From positions 1 through 64,000 of the forward strand of contig JAWLHK010000013.1 of assembly GCA_041690355.1 (NCBI GenBank): 64,000 bases of DNA, given 5' to 3'. A program made the translations under genes and the position numbers. The notes beneath the pieces were generated by a model. It was not told where the DNA came from, searched no databases, and was given only the letters and a program-made list of their open reading frames with translations. Source of the DNA: a bacterium. GTDB taxonomy: Bacteria > J088 > JAWLBW01. This document shows, piece after piece, positions 55,252 to 64,000 of the stretch (within the stretch, counting starts at the first letter, position 1; every line of letters begins with the position of its first letter).

Positions 55252-56777
55252 TGCCGATTTTTCAAGCCGCCGATATCCGCGATGATCTGGACCTGAGCGC
55301 CGATGCCGTCGTCGTCGGCAGCGGCGCGGGCGGGGCCGTCATCGCCCACGAACTGGCGCGCCTTGGCCATGACGTCATCCTGCTCGAGCAGGGGGCGTAC
55401 CACCCGACATCCAGCTTTCGCTCTGACCCGCAGTGGTCATTCGAGAACCTCTACGCGCAGCGAGGGGTCACGACGGCGCTCGGACTGCCCCCGGTTCTCA
55501 TCCCGCACGGGGAATGTGTCGGGGGAACCACGGTCATCAATTCGGGTACCGTGTTCCGTGTCCCCGGGCGCATCCTTTCGCGCTGGCAGGCCGAGCACGG
55601 GGCCGAGGGCATTTCTTCATCCGCGCTGGCGCCGTTCTACGATGTCATCGAAGAGCGTATCGGCGCCACCCCCGCGGCCTGGCCGGCGCTCGGCGAACTG
55701 AACCGGGTCATCGAGCGCGGCGTGCAGAAGCTGGGGCTTCGCGGCGGCCCGCTCGTGCGAAACGCCCCCCACTGCGTCGGCTGCGGCGCATGCGTCTTCG
55801 GGTGCCCCTCGGGCGCCAAGCAGAGCATGCTCGTCACCTTCATCCCCGCAGCCGATCAGCTTGGCGTGCGCCTCTACAGCGAGGCCGTCGTCGACCGGGT
55901 GCTCACCGCCGGGAGCGAGGCCACGGGCGTCGCCGGGCGCATCGTCGAGCGCGCGAGCGGCACAGAACGGGCGCGGTTCACCGTGCGCGCCCGCGTGGTC
56001 GTTCTCGCCGCCGGCGCCTTCGGCACGCCCTTGTTGCTCGAAGACAACGACCTCTGCGGGACGAGCGGCGCACGCGGGCGGCATCTGCACATTCATCCGG
56101 CCGGCGGCGCGCTCGCCCGCATGCCTGAGACGGTGGCTGGATGGCGCGCGATTCCGCAGGGCTACATGGTCGAAGACTGGGCCGACGAGGGAATTCTGCT
56201 CGAGGGCGGCTTCGGCCCGCCCGGGGTCGTCGGGCTCATGGTGCCCGGGTTCGGCGGCGCCTACCAGGAGCGCATGCGCGATTACGACCGGCTGGCGGCC
56301 TTCGGGCTCATGGTCGAGGATCGCGACAGCGTGGGGAGCGTGACGCGGCTGGCCGGGCGTCCGCTGATCCGCTATGCCCTCGGCCGCGACGATACGCGCC
56401 GGCTCGTCTTCGGGTGGAAGCAGGTCCTGCGCATCCTCTTTGCGGCCGGCGCGGTCGAGGCGTACCCGGCGATCCAGGGGTTCGACGTCCTTCACGGACC
56501 GGGCGAGATCGATCGCATCGACGAACATGCCGTCGCCGGCCGTGACCTGACGCTGTCGGCCTATCACCCGATGGGCACGTGCCGCATCGGCGCCAATCCG
56601 CGCACGGGCGTCGTCGACGCCAACCTCGAAGCCTGGGACGTGCGCCGCCTCTTCGTCGCCGACGCCAGCATATTCCCCACTGCGCTGGGAGTCAACCCCC
56701 AGGCGACCATCATGGCGTTCGCGGCCCGCGCCGCCGACTACCTGCACCGTAATCGCGACCGCTACTTTCCGGCCTAG
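55251..56777 (+). CDS. GMC family oxidoreductase
   Basis: GSGAGG, GGTTVINSG, CVGCGACVFGC, HPMGTCR, DASIFPTALGVNPQATIMA. Confidence 0.93.
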   Translation: MPIFQAADIRDDLDLSADAVVVGSGAGGAVIAHELARLGHDVILLEQGAYHPTSSFRSDPQWSFENLYAQRGVTTALGLPPVLIPHGECVGGTTVINSGTVFRVPGRILSRWQAEHGAEGISSSALAPFYDVIEERIGATPAAWPALGELNRVIERGVQKLGLRGGPLVRNAPHCVGCGACVFGCPSGAKQSMLVTFIPAADQLGVRLYSEAVVDRVLTAGSEATGVAGRIVERASGTERARFTVRARVVVLAAGAFGTPLLLEDNDLCGTSGARGRHLHIHPAGGALARMPETVAGWRAIPQGYMVEDWADEGILLEGGFGPPGVVGLMVPGFGGAYQERMRDYDRLAAFGLMVEDRDSVGSVTRLAGRPLIRYALGRDDTRRLVFGWKQVLRILFAAGAVEAYPAIQGFDVLHGPGEIDRIDEHAVAGRDLTLSAYHPMGTCRIGANPRTGVVDANLEAWDVRRLFVADASIFPTALGVNPQATIMAFAARAADYLHRNRDRYFPA

Positions 56778-56798
56778 TCTTCCTTCTCCGGACCTTCC

Positions 56799-59700
56799 AT
56801 GCCATCCTCGATCGCCTCGCTCCCCGTCGTCGCCCGTCTGCGCGCCCTGCTTCCTGAAGCGCGGGTCGACGAGCTGATTGCGAAGGTGCCACTCTTCGCC
56901 GCCGACGCCGAGTCGGCGCTCACCAACGGCGAACGCTGGATTGAAGCCTATGCGGCCGAGCAGGGGGCGCTGCCCGAGATCGAACCCGAGCTCGACTGGC
57001 TGCTCCCCGTCTGGGCGAGCGGTTCGTTTCTCCCCCGCCTGCTCGTACGCCGGCCGTGGCTCTTCGATACCTTTCGCGCGTCGCCCTACGGCACGGCGCA
57101 CAAGCCCATCGACGTATTTCTCGAGGAACTGCTGACCCGCACGGCGCCGTTCGAAGACCCGGCGCATCTGCTGGCCGCCCTGCGGCACTACAAGTACGAA
57201 CAGGTCTTTCACATCGGCGCCCGCGATCTTGCCGGCCGCATCAGCCTGCGCGACGTGACCTACGAACTCTCGTCGCTCGCGGCCGCTTCCTGCGAGGCTG
57301 CCTGCCGGTTCTACCGGCGCAGGCTCGCCGAGGAGTTCGGCGATCCGGTCGATGCCGCCGGAAAGCCGGTGGGCTTCGTCGTACTGGCCATGGGCAAGTT
57401 CGGCGGGTGGGAGCTCAACTTCAGCTCCGACATCGATCCCATCTTCCTCTTCGGCGAAGAGGGCGAAACCCCGGGCGGTTCGGCGGGCTCGGTCACCCAC
57501 GGGGAATTCTTCACCAAGCTCGGCTCGCGCATCGCCGCCGCGCTGAACGACGTGACCGACGAGGGGTTCGTGTTCCGCGTCGATCTGCGGCTGCGCCCCG
57601 AGGGTAACCAGGGGCCGCTCGTGAATACGACGGCCGCGGCCGAACAGTACTACATGACGTTCGGGCAGACCTGGGAGCGCGCCGCGTTGCTCAAGGCGCG
57701 GCCGGTGGCGGGCGATCTCGCGCTCGGCCAGGACTTTCTCGACAACCTCGCCCCTTTCGTCTATCGCCGCTTTCTCGACTACAGCACCGTCGAAGACATC
57801 AAGCTCATGAAGCAGAAGATTGACGTGAACCTGGCGCGCACCGTGCGCGGCGCCTGGGACGTCAAGCTGGGCAAGGGGGGCATCCGCGAGATTGAGTTCA
57901 TCGTCCAGACGCAGCAGCTCATTCACGCCGGCAAGCAGAAGGCGCTGCGCACGCGTTCGACCGTCGAAGGGCTGCGGCGTCTCGAAGAGTTGAGCCTGAT
58001 CGACCCCGTCGATGCGCAGGCCCTCTCCGAAGCCTATGATTATCTGCGGCGGGTCGAACACCGGCTGCAGATTGAGGGAGAGCGCCAGACGCAGCGGTTC
58101 GCCGACGACGCCGCATCGCATCTGCGCATGGCCCGGCTCATGGGGCACCGTCATGCTGACCCCACTGCGGCGATCGGCGCCTTCGATGCCGAGCTCGAAC
58201 GCCACCGCGAGGCCATCGGAGGCATTTTCCGGCGCATCTTTACGGCCGCGGGTGAAGAGATTCAGCAGGGGGTCAACCCGACGATTCTCGCCGTTACCGA
58301 AGGAGAAGGTGACGAAGAGGCGCGGCTGACGGCCCTCGCCGAGCTCGGATTCGCGCAGCCGGCGGCGTCGCTCGAGGTCATGCGCCGGCTGGTCACGTCG
58401 ACCCAGACCCGCCGCCTCGACGGCAAGGTGCGCCGCTACCTCGATCTCGTGCTCCCCGCGTTCCTGAGCGAGTGCGCGTCGGCCCCCGACCCCGATCTCG
58501 CCCTGCACCACCTCGAAGACTTCATGCTGCGCGTCGGCGGTTTCCGCGCCTACCACTCCCTGCTCGCCGAGAACCCGGCTACGCTGCGCCTGCTCGTGCG
58601 GCTGTTCGGCACGAGCACTTTTCTCTCGCGCTTCTTCATCCGCCATCCCGAACTGCTCGACCAGCTCGTGCTCGCCAGCTACACGACGCCGCTCAAGGAC
58701 GGAAAAACCCTGGCGCTCGAGCTCGACACCCTGCTCGCCGAGGTCGACCCGGCCGATGAAGAGGGGCTGCTCGACGTGCTCCGGCGTTTCAAGAACACCG
58801 AAGTTCTGCGCATCGCCATGAACGATCTCGACGGCCAGCTCGACCTCATCGAGGTCACGACCCAGCTCGGCGATCTGGCCGACGTGGTGCTTCGGGCGGC
58901 GCTCCGCATCGCGCAGACGCTGCTCGAGCACCGCTACGGCGCGGCGCCCGAAGGCGAGTTCGTGACGCTCGGGATGGGCAAGTTCGGCGGGCTCGAGATG
59001 AACTACAGCTCCGATCTCGATCTGATCTTCATCTACCAGGATGCGGGCACGGCGGCGCAGCCGGGGGACCGCAGCCTGGGGGCCAACGAGTACTTCTCGA
59101 AGCTGGCGCAGCGCGTGATTTCGGTGCTCACCCTGGCGACCCGCGAAGGGATCGCGTACCCGATCGATACACGCCTGCGCCCGTCGGGCAAAGCCGGACC
59201 GCTCGTGACCTCGCTCGAAAGTTTCGAGTCCTACCATGCCACTCGGGCCGCCGTCTGGGAGCGCCAGGCGCTCATCAAGGCCCGCCCGGTGACGGCCGGA
59301 GAGCAGGTCGACCAGCGCATCCGCGACCTGATCGAACATTCCGTCTACGAACGCCCGTTCGGCAGAGCCGAGGTGCAGGAGATCCTGCGCATGCGCCAGC
59401 GGATGGAGGTCGAGATCGATCCGGAGTCTCCCCGTTACTTCAACATCAAGACCGGCCGCGGCGGAATCGTCGATATCGAGTTTTTCGTCCAGCTCATGCA
59501 GCTGCAGCACGGCGGCGAATATCACTCGCTGCGCACGCAGAACACCTTTGTGGCGCTGAGCGAACTGGTCGAACTCAATCTGATCACGCCGGGCGACTAC
59601 GGCGTCCTGCGTGAAGGCTTTCTCTTTCTGCGGCGGCTCGAGAACCGGATGCGCATTCTGCAGGACAATGCGCGCAGCACCCTGTCGCGCACGCCGGAAG

Positions 59701-59843
59701 AGGCCGAGAAGCTCGCCCTTTCCATGGGCTTCGCGCGCGGGGCTTCGCGGGGCGACGCGGGGGTCGCGCTGCTCAGGGAATACGAGGCGGTCCGTGACCG
59801 TGTTCGTGAGGTTTTCCTGAAATATTTTGAACTCTTAGGGTGA
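56799..59843 (+). CDS. glnE: Bifunctional glutamine synthetase adenylyltransferase/adenylyl-removing enzyme
   Basis: Two MGKFGG.E(L/M)N(F/Y)SSD(I/L)D domains; RLRP; GGIREIEF / GGIVDIEF. Confidence 0.97.
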   Translation: MPSSIASLPVVARLRALLPEARVDELIAKVPLFAADAESALTNGERWIEAYAAEQGALPEIEPELDWLLPVWASGSFLPRLLVRRPWLFDTFRASPYGTAHKPIDVFLEELLTRTAPFEDPAHLLAALRHYKYEQVFHIGARDLAGRISLRDVTYELSSLAAASCEAACRFYRRRLAEEFGDPVDAAGKPVGFVVLAMGKFGGWELNFSSDIDPIFLFGEEGETPGGSAGSVTHGEFFTKLGSRIAAALNDVTDEGFVFRVDLRLRPEGNQGPLVNTTAAAEQYYMTFGQTWERAALLKARPVAGDLALGQDFLDNLAPFVYRRFLDYSTVEDIKLMKQKIDVNLARTVRGAWDVKLGKGGIREIEFIVQTQQLIHAGKQKALRTRSTVEGLRRLEELSLIDPVDAQALSEAYDYLRRVEHRLQIEGERQTQRFADDAASHLRMARLMGHRHADPTAAIGAFDAELERHREAIGGIFRRIFTAAGEEIQQGVNPTILAVTEGEGDEEARLTALAELGFAQPAASLEVMRRLVTSTQTRRLDGKVRRYLDLVLPAFLSECASAPDPDLALHHLEDFMLRVGGFRAYHSLLAENPATLRLLVRLFGTSTFLSRFFIRHPELLDQLVLASYTTPLKDGKTLALELDTLLAEVDPADEEGLLDVLRRFKNTEVLRIAMNDLDGQLDLIEVTTQLGDLADVVLRAALRIAQTLLEHRYGAAPEGEFVTLGMGKFGGLEMNYSSDLDLIFIYQDAGTAAQPGDRSLGANEYFSKLAQRVISVLTLATREGIAYPIDTRLRPSGKAGPLVTSLESFESYHATRAAVWERQALIKARPVTAGEQVDQRIRDLIEHSVYERPFGRAEVQEILRMRQRMEVEIDPESPRYFNIKTGRGGIVDIEFFVQLMQLQHGGEYHSLRTQNTFVALSELVELNLITPGDYGVLREGFLFLRRLENRMRILQDNARSTLSRTPEEAEKLALSMGFARGASRGDAGVALLREYEAVRDRVREVFLKYFELLG

Positions 59844-59855
59844 GATCGCTATAAT
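59827..59855 (+). promoter_or_regulatory. Sigma70 promoter TTGAAC-17-TATAAT
   Basis: Near-consensus promoter overlapping the glnE stop, upstream of the J-domain gene. Confidence 0.7.
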
Positions 59856-59892
59856 GAGCTGACCGAGTTGGGAGCTGTCAGCCAAACCGCCC

Positions 59893-61500
59893 ATGGGATA
59901 CCGTACACCTGCGACGACACCGCTGCCCGAGAGCGGAAGCTTTGAAGAATTCGGCTTCAGCGAGCTCGTCCTGCGTGCCGCGCGCGAACGCAAAACGGCC
60001 CTGCTCGAGGTGCGCGGCGATTCGACGCAGAAAACCTTTCAGTTCCGCAACGGCCTGATCTGCGGCTCACGTTCGAGCGCCGCCACGGAGAGTCTCGCTC
60101 GCGCGGTCGTCATGCGCGGTAAGGTGACCCGCGAGGTCGTCGAGGCGCTCGGGGTCAACCTGCTCGACGACGAAAAGGTCGGCGCCGCCCTGCTGCAGAA
60201 GGGGCTGATTGCCCCCGATGCGCTCGAAGAGGTGCTGCGCTACCAGATCATGCTGCGCATTGCCGACGTCTTCGCCCGCGCTTCGTGGACCTTCGCCTGG
60301 AAAGGGCCGGGCGAGCTGCCTCCCCGGGTCGGTGTCAATCAGTACCAGATTTTCTCAGAAGGGGTCGCCCGCCGCGTCTCCCGTGAACAGATGGCCGCCG
60401 AGGTGACCGAGCTAAGAGACCGCGCCGCGCTCGTGAGCCCCGAGTCGCCGTTGCCGCTCGACGCCTCGACGCTGCCGGCCCGCGCCAGACAGCTCTTGCA
60501 GGCGATGAACGGCCGGCTGACGTTCGGCGACCTTGCCGCGCTGGGGCTCGACCGCGTCGCTCCCGATCAGCGCCCCGAGGGAGAATACCGGTCGTGGGTC
60601 TATCTGCTGGCCTTCGTTGAAGGCGGTTTCGCCGATGCCGGCGACGCGCCGCAAGTCAGGGCCCCCGCAGCCGCCGCTGCGACCCCCGCCCCAGAAAGCG
60701 GTGCTGAAACCGGCACGATTACGGTCTTTTCGGGCGGCACGGCGGTCGAGTACCAGGAAATCGAGGATCCGGCGTTCACGCGGCGCTTCGAAGAAATGCG
60801 CCAGCAGGATCATTTTCAGCTGCTCGGGCTCGAGCGCAACGCGACCGACGCGCAGGTCAAGAAGGCCTACTTCAAGCTGGCCAAAGAGTTCCACCCCGAC
60901 AAGGTTTACAACCATAGTGAGCGCACGGTCAAGAAATACTCCGACAAGCTCTTTGCGCTCATCAACCGGGCGTACGAGGAGCTGAAATCGGCCGAAACGC
61001 GCGCGAGCTACGCGGCGCGGCTCGATGAGCTGGCCCAGGGGATCGACATCGAGAAAGAGGCGGCCGACCTGCTGCAGTCCGAATCGGAATTCCAGAAGGG
61101 GGTCGTGCTTTTTCGCAAGCGCGACTACAACGGAGCCCTGGCGCACCTCGAAGAGGCCCTGCGGCTCAACCCCCGCGAAGCCGACCATCACATCTATCTT
61201 GGCTGGATCCTCTTTCAGAAGAGTTATCCCGCCGACGATGCGGGGGCGAAGCGAGCCATCGACCACATCAACAAGGGGCTCGAGATTCAACCCCGGTCAG
61301 TCGTGGGGCACCTGTTTCTTGCCAACGCGACCAAGGTCTCTGGCGACGTCGACCGGGCCGAGCTGCTGTTTCGCAAGGTCCTGCAGCTGCAGCCGGGCCA
61401 CGTCGACGCTCAACGCGAGCTGCGCCTCATCGAGCAGCGCAAGGCCAAGGGCGATGCCGAGCCGCCCAAGAAAATCATCAACAAGCTTTTCAAGCAGTAG
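59893..61500 (+). CDS. DUF4388-like N-domain + DnaJ J-domain + TPR protein
   Basis: HFQLLG...KKAYFKLAKEFHPD J-domain; C-terminal TPRs. Confidence 0.9.
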   Translation: MGYRTPATTPLPESGSFEEFGFSELVLRAARERKTALLEVRGDSTQKTFQFRNGLICGSRSSAATESLARAVVMRGKVTREVVEALGVNLLDDEKVGAALLQKGLIAPDALEEVLRYQIMLRIADVFARASWTFAWKGPGELPPRVGVNQYQIFSEGVARRVSREQMAAEVTELRDRAALVSPESPLPLDASTLPARARQLLQAMNGRLTFGDLAALGLDRVAPDQRPEGEYRSWVYLLAFVEGGFADAGDAPQVRAPAAAAATPAPESGAETGTITVFSGGTAVEYQEIEDPAFTRRFEEMRQQDHFQLLGLERNATDAQVKKAYFKLAKEFHPDKVYNHSERTVKKYSDKLFALINRAYEELKSAETRASYAARLDELAQGIDIEKEAADLLQSESEFQKGVVLFRKRDYNGALAHLEEALRLNPREADHHIYLGWILFQKSYPADDAGAKRAIDHINKGLEIQPRSVVGHLFLANATKVSGDVDRAELLFRKVLQLQPGHVDAQRELRLIEQRKAKGDAEPPKKIINKLFKQ

Positions 61501-61506
61501 CCGACC

Positions 61507-62442
61507 ATGGAAAAGACGAAGTATATCTGGCTGGACGGCCATCGCGTGCTGTGGGAAGAGGCGCAGGTTCACGTCCTGACTCACACGCTGCACTATGGTC
61601 TGGGGGTCTTCGAAGGCATCCGCTGCTACGAGACGGCCGACGGCCGCTCGGCCGTGTTCCGCCTCGAAGAGCACATCCGGCGCCTGTACGAGTCGGCGCA
61701 CATCATGCAGCTGGCGATTCCGTTCGAGCCGCGGGTGCTCATCGATGAAACCGTGGCCCTGCTGCAGGCGAACCAGCTTCGCGGCGGCTATCTGCGCCAT
61801 CTCGTCTTCGTCGGCGACGGCATGATGGGACTGCATCCGGGCCGCAATCCGATTCGCGTCGCCATCGCGGCATGGCCGTGGGGGGCCTACCTGGGCGCCG
61901 AAGGGATGGAGAAGGGGATCCGCGTCAAGGTCTCGAGCTTCATCCGCCACCACGTCAACGCCAACATGACCCGCGCGAAGACGGTCGGCTCCTATGTGAA
62001 CTCCATTCTCGCCAAGCGCGAGGCGGTCGCGCTCGGCTATGACGAAGCGCTCATGCTCGACGCCGAGGGCTTCGTGGCCGAGGCGAGCGGCGAGAACATC
62101 TTTCTCGTCAAGAACGGCGTCATCAAAACGAGCCCGCTCACGTCGGTGCTCAAGGGCATCACGCGCGATTGCGTGCTGACCATCGCCGAAGAGCTGGGCT
62201 ACCGGGTCATCGAAGAGCGTTTCACGCGCGACGACCTCTACGTCGCCGACGAGGCCTTCTTCACGGGAACCGCCGCCGAGATCACGCCGATTCGCGAAGT
62301 CGACGACCGCAGAATCGGCTCCGGCGGGCGCGGGCCCGTGACGAAAGCCGTCCAGGAGCGGTACTTCGCCATCGTCAAGGGCGAAGAGCCACGGCACCAC
62401 AACTGGCTGACCTTCGTGCCGCCCGAGCCGGTCCGGTCCTGA
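61507..62442 (+). CDS. ilvE: Branched-chain amino acid aminotransferase
   Basis: LHYGLGVFEGIR, EASGENIF, GITR, TGTAAEITP. Confidence 0.97.
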   Translation: MEKTKYIWLDGHRVLWEEAQVHVLTHTLHYGLGVFEGIRCYETADGRSAVFRLEEHIRRLYESAHIMQLAIPFEPRVLIDETVALLQANQLRGGYLRHLVFVGDGMMGLHPGRNPIRVAIAAWPWGAYLGAEGMEKGIRVKVSSFIRHHVNANMTRAKTVGSYVNSILAKREAVALGYDEALMLDAEGFVAEASGENIFLVKNGVIKTSPLTSVLKGITRDCVLTIAEELGYRVIEERFTRDDLYVADEAFFTGTAAEITPIREVDDRRIGSGGRGPVTKAVQERYFAIVKGEEPRHHNWLTFVPPEPVRS

Positions 62443-63155
62443 TGGCCGGCCGCTCGTACGACGCCTTTTCCATTCTCTATCGTCAGGCCGGATTTCAGCA
62501 GTTTGCCGATCGCATCGGCCGGCGCATCGCCTCGCAGTGGAAGCGCACGGTACCCGCAGGCTCGCGCGTGCTCGACCTCGGCTGCGGTACCGGCGGCGCG
62601 GTTCCCGCTCTGCGGGACGCCGGATTCCGCGTCGTGGGTGTCGATTTGAGTCTAGGCATGCTGCGCGCCTATCCGGCCCTCGCCATCCAGGCCGATATCC
62701 GGAAGTTGCCGCTGCTGGGACCCTTCGGGGCGGCGCTCGCCTTGTACGACACCGTCAACCATCTCCCGCCCGGGTCGCTGCCCGAGTTCTTCGCCGAGGT
62801 TGCCCGCGTTCTGCCGGCGGGGGCCCCCTTCGCCTTCGACGTGAATACGCTGGAGGGCTCGACGATGTGGGTCGACGACAGCTACGAAGTCCGGCGGCGG
62901 GATGCGCGGCTCACGGTCACGTCGCGCTTCGATGCCGAAACCCGGCGGCTCGAAAACCACGTGCGCGGTTGGGTGCAGAATCCGGGCGGGCGCGAGACGA
63001 TCGAAGAGACGATCGTCGAGTGGTATCATCCCGAAGAGCCGCTGCTCGCCCTGGCACAAGCAGCCGGATTCACCCTGGTCGACGAGGATCCGCTCTTCAT
63101 GGACGACGAGCGCCCCGAAACGCCCAGCAAATGGCTGTTCCGCCTGATCCGCTGA
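62442..63155 (+). CDS. Class I SAM-dependent methyltransferase
   Basis: VLDLGCGTG, GVDLS..ML, DTVNHL, FDVNT. Confidence 0.9.
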   Translation: MAGRSYDAFSILYRQAGFQQFADRIGRRIASQWKRTVPAGSRVLDLGCGTGGAVPALRDAGFRVVGVDLSLGMLRAYPALAIQADIRKLPLLGPFGAALALYDTVNHLPPGSLPEFFAEVARVLPAGAPFAFDVNTLEGSTMWVDDSYEVRRRDARLTVTSRFDAETRRLENHVRGWVQNPGGRETIEETIVEWYHPEEPLLALAQAAGFTLVDEDPLFMDDERPETPSKWLFRLIR

Positions 63156-63158
63156 GGG

Positions 63159-64000
63159 TCAGAACGCGTACCCGTGCAGCACGAAGTAGGGGGCGAGACC
63201 GTTGCGCTCGGCCGCCGGTGACACGGGGAGGGCAGCGCCGATGCCGAGCGACAGCGGGAAGAGGTAGCCGATCGTCAGATCGACGATGAACTCGCCGCCG
63301 ACCGCGGCGCGCCAGACCGGGCTGTCGATCCAGGCGCTCCCCCCTTCGGCATACAGGGCCCCGTGGAGCTGATCGACGAGGAGCGGAAATGTTCCCCAGG
63401 CCGGGATGCCGCGTTTGAGGAAGAGCAGGGGAAAGCGGTATTCGAGGCTCGCCTTGGCCACGCGGCTCCCCTGCTGGAGGCTCGTGGTTGCGAATCCGCG
63501 AAGGGGAATTCCCTCGGCTGTGCCGAGCGAACTCTGCTCTTCGAGCCCCCCCAGGCGAAAGGGGCCTCCGAAGCGGGCGTTCGACGCGATGCCGCCGACC
63601 CCCTGCACGGCGAGAACCTGACGGGCCGGGAGACTCCAGTAGTAACGCAGGTCGGCGACGGCGCTGTGATTCGTATAGGTCGCCCCGAGCCAGGGCGCGA
63701 TGGCCCGGCCGGTGAGCGAAAAGCGGGCGCCGTCTTCGATGCTGATGCTGTTCGTGTAGTGGCGCGCCGAACCAAAGGTGAACTGCAGGGCCGCGCCGGC
63801 GCTGCGCCGGCTGAGGCGGATGCCGTCGCCGGCGATCATGCCGATTTCCCGCTCATGCACCAGACTGTACTCTGCCGTGAGTCCGGCGGCCGAGCGCAGG
63901 CCGGGAAAGGGAAAGAGAACGCTCGCGGCGGCCCCTTGAGCCCGCACTCCCGTCTCGGCATCGGGTTCGGCTCCGGCGTGCAACGTGTCGAGGCGCGGGG
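63159..64000 (-). CDS. BamA/TamA (Omp85)-type surface-antigen barrel, C-terminal part (gene runs off the window)
   Basis: LRGF motif, EYRFPL, terminal GYAF; frame open to the window edge. Confidence 0.8.
   Translation of the reverse strand, partial: PRLDTLHAGAEPDAETGVRAQGAAASVLFPFPGLRSAAGLTAEYSLVHEREIGMIAGDGIRLSRRSAGAALQFTFGSARHYTNSISIEDGARFSLTGRAIAPWLGATYTNHSAVADLRYYWSLPARQVLAVQGVGGIASNARFGGPFRLGGLEEQSSLGTAEGIPLRGFATTSLQQGSRVAKASLEYRFPLLFLKRGIPAWGTFPLLVDQLHGALYAEGGSAWIDSPVWRAAVGGEFIVDLTIGYLFPLSLGIGAALPVSPAAERNGLAPYFVLHGYAF

Overview
High-GC bacterial chromosomal segment, most like a deltaproteobacterial/Myxococcota-type genome (inferred from a MYXO-CTERM-like sorting tail, a DUF4388-like/J-domain/TPR protein and the TonB-receptor types). 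Housekeeping blocks sit at both ends: rpsB-tsf-pyrH-frr-uppS on the left, and dnaB, coaE, trmB, glnE, ilvE and a partial Omp85-type gene on the right. The middle is accessory: two TonB-dependent receptors, a TsdA-type diheme cytochrome with a porin, three GMC oxidoreductases, lipid/sterol-handling genes, a surface S8 protease and many short single-gene units. No rRNA, tRNA, CRISPR array or intact transposase/integrase was recognised. The most unusual signals are non-coding or decayed. (1) A family of degenerate 7-bp tandem tracts occurs at about eight gene junctions, with shared and inverted copies. (2) A duplicated composite element (33-bp tandem array + REP-like palindrome + A-rich heptamers) brackets a DUF1622 gene. 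(3) A ~195-nt rod-shaped, 6S-like RNA lies in a non-canonical context. (4) Two toxin-antitoxin loci are decayed (DUF433/DUF5615 and yefM/yoeB). (5) At least nine genes have a TANNNT box 6-7 nt before the start codon, suggesting leaderless mRNAs. All family assignments come from reading motifs by eye; no database search was run.
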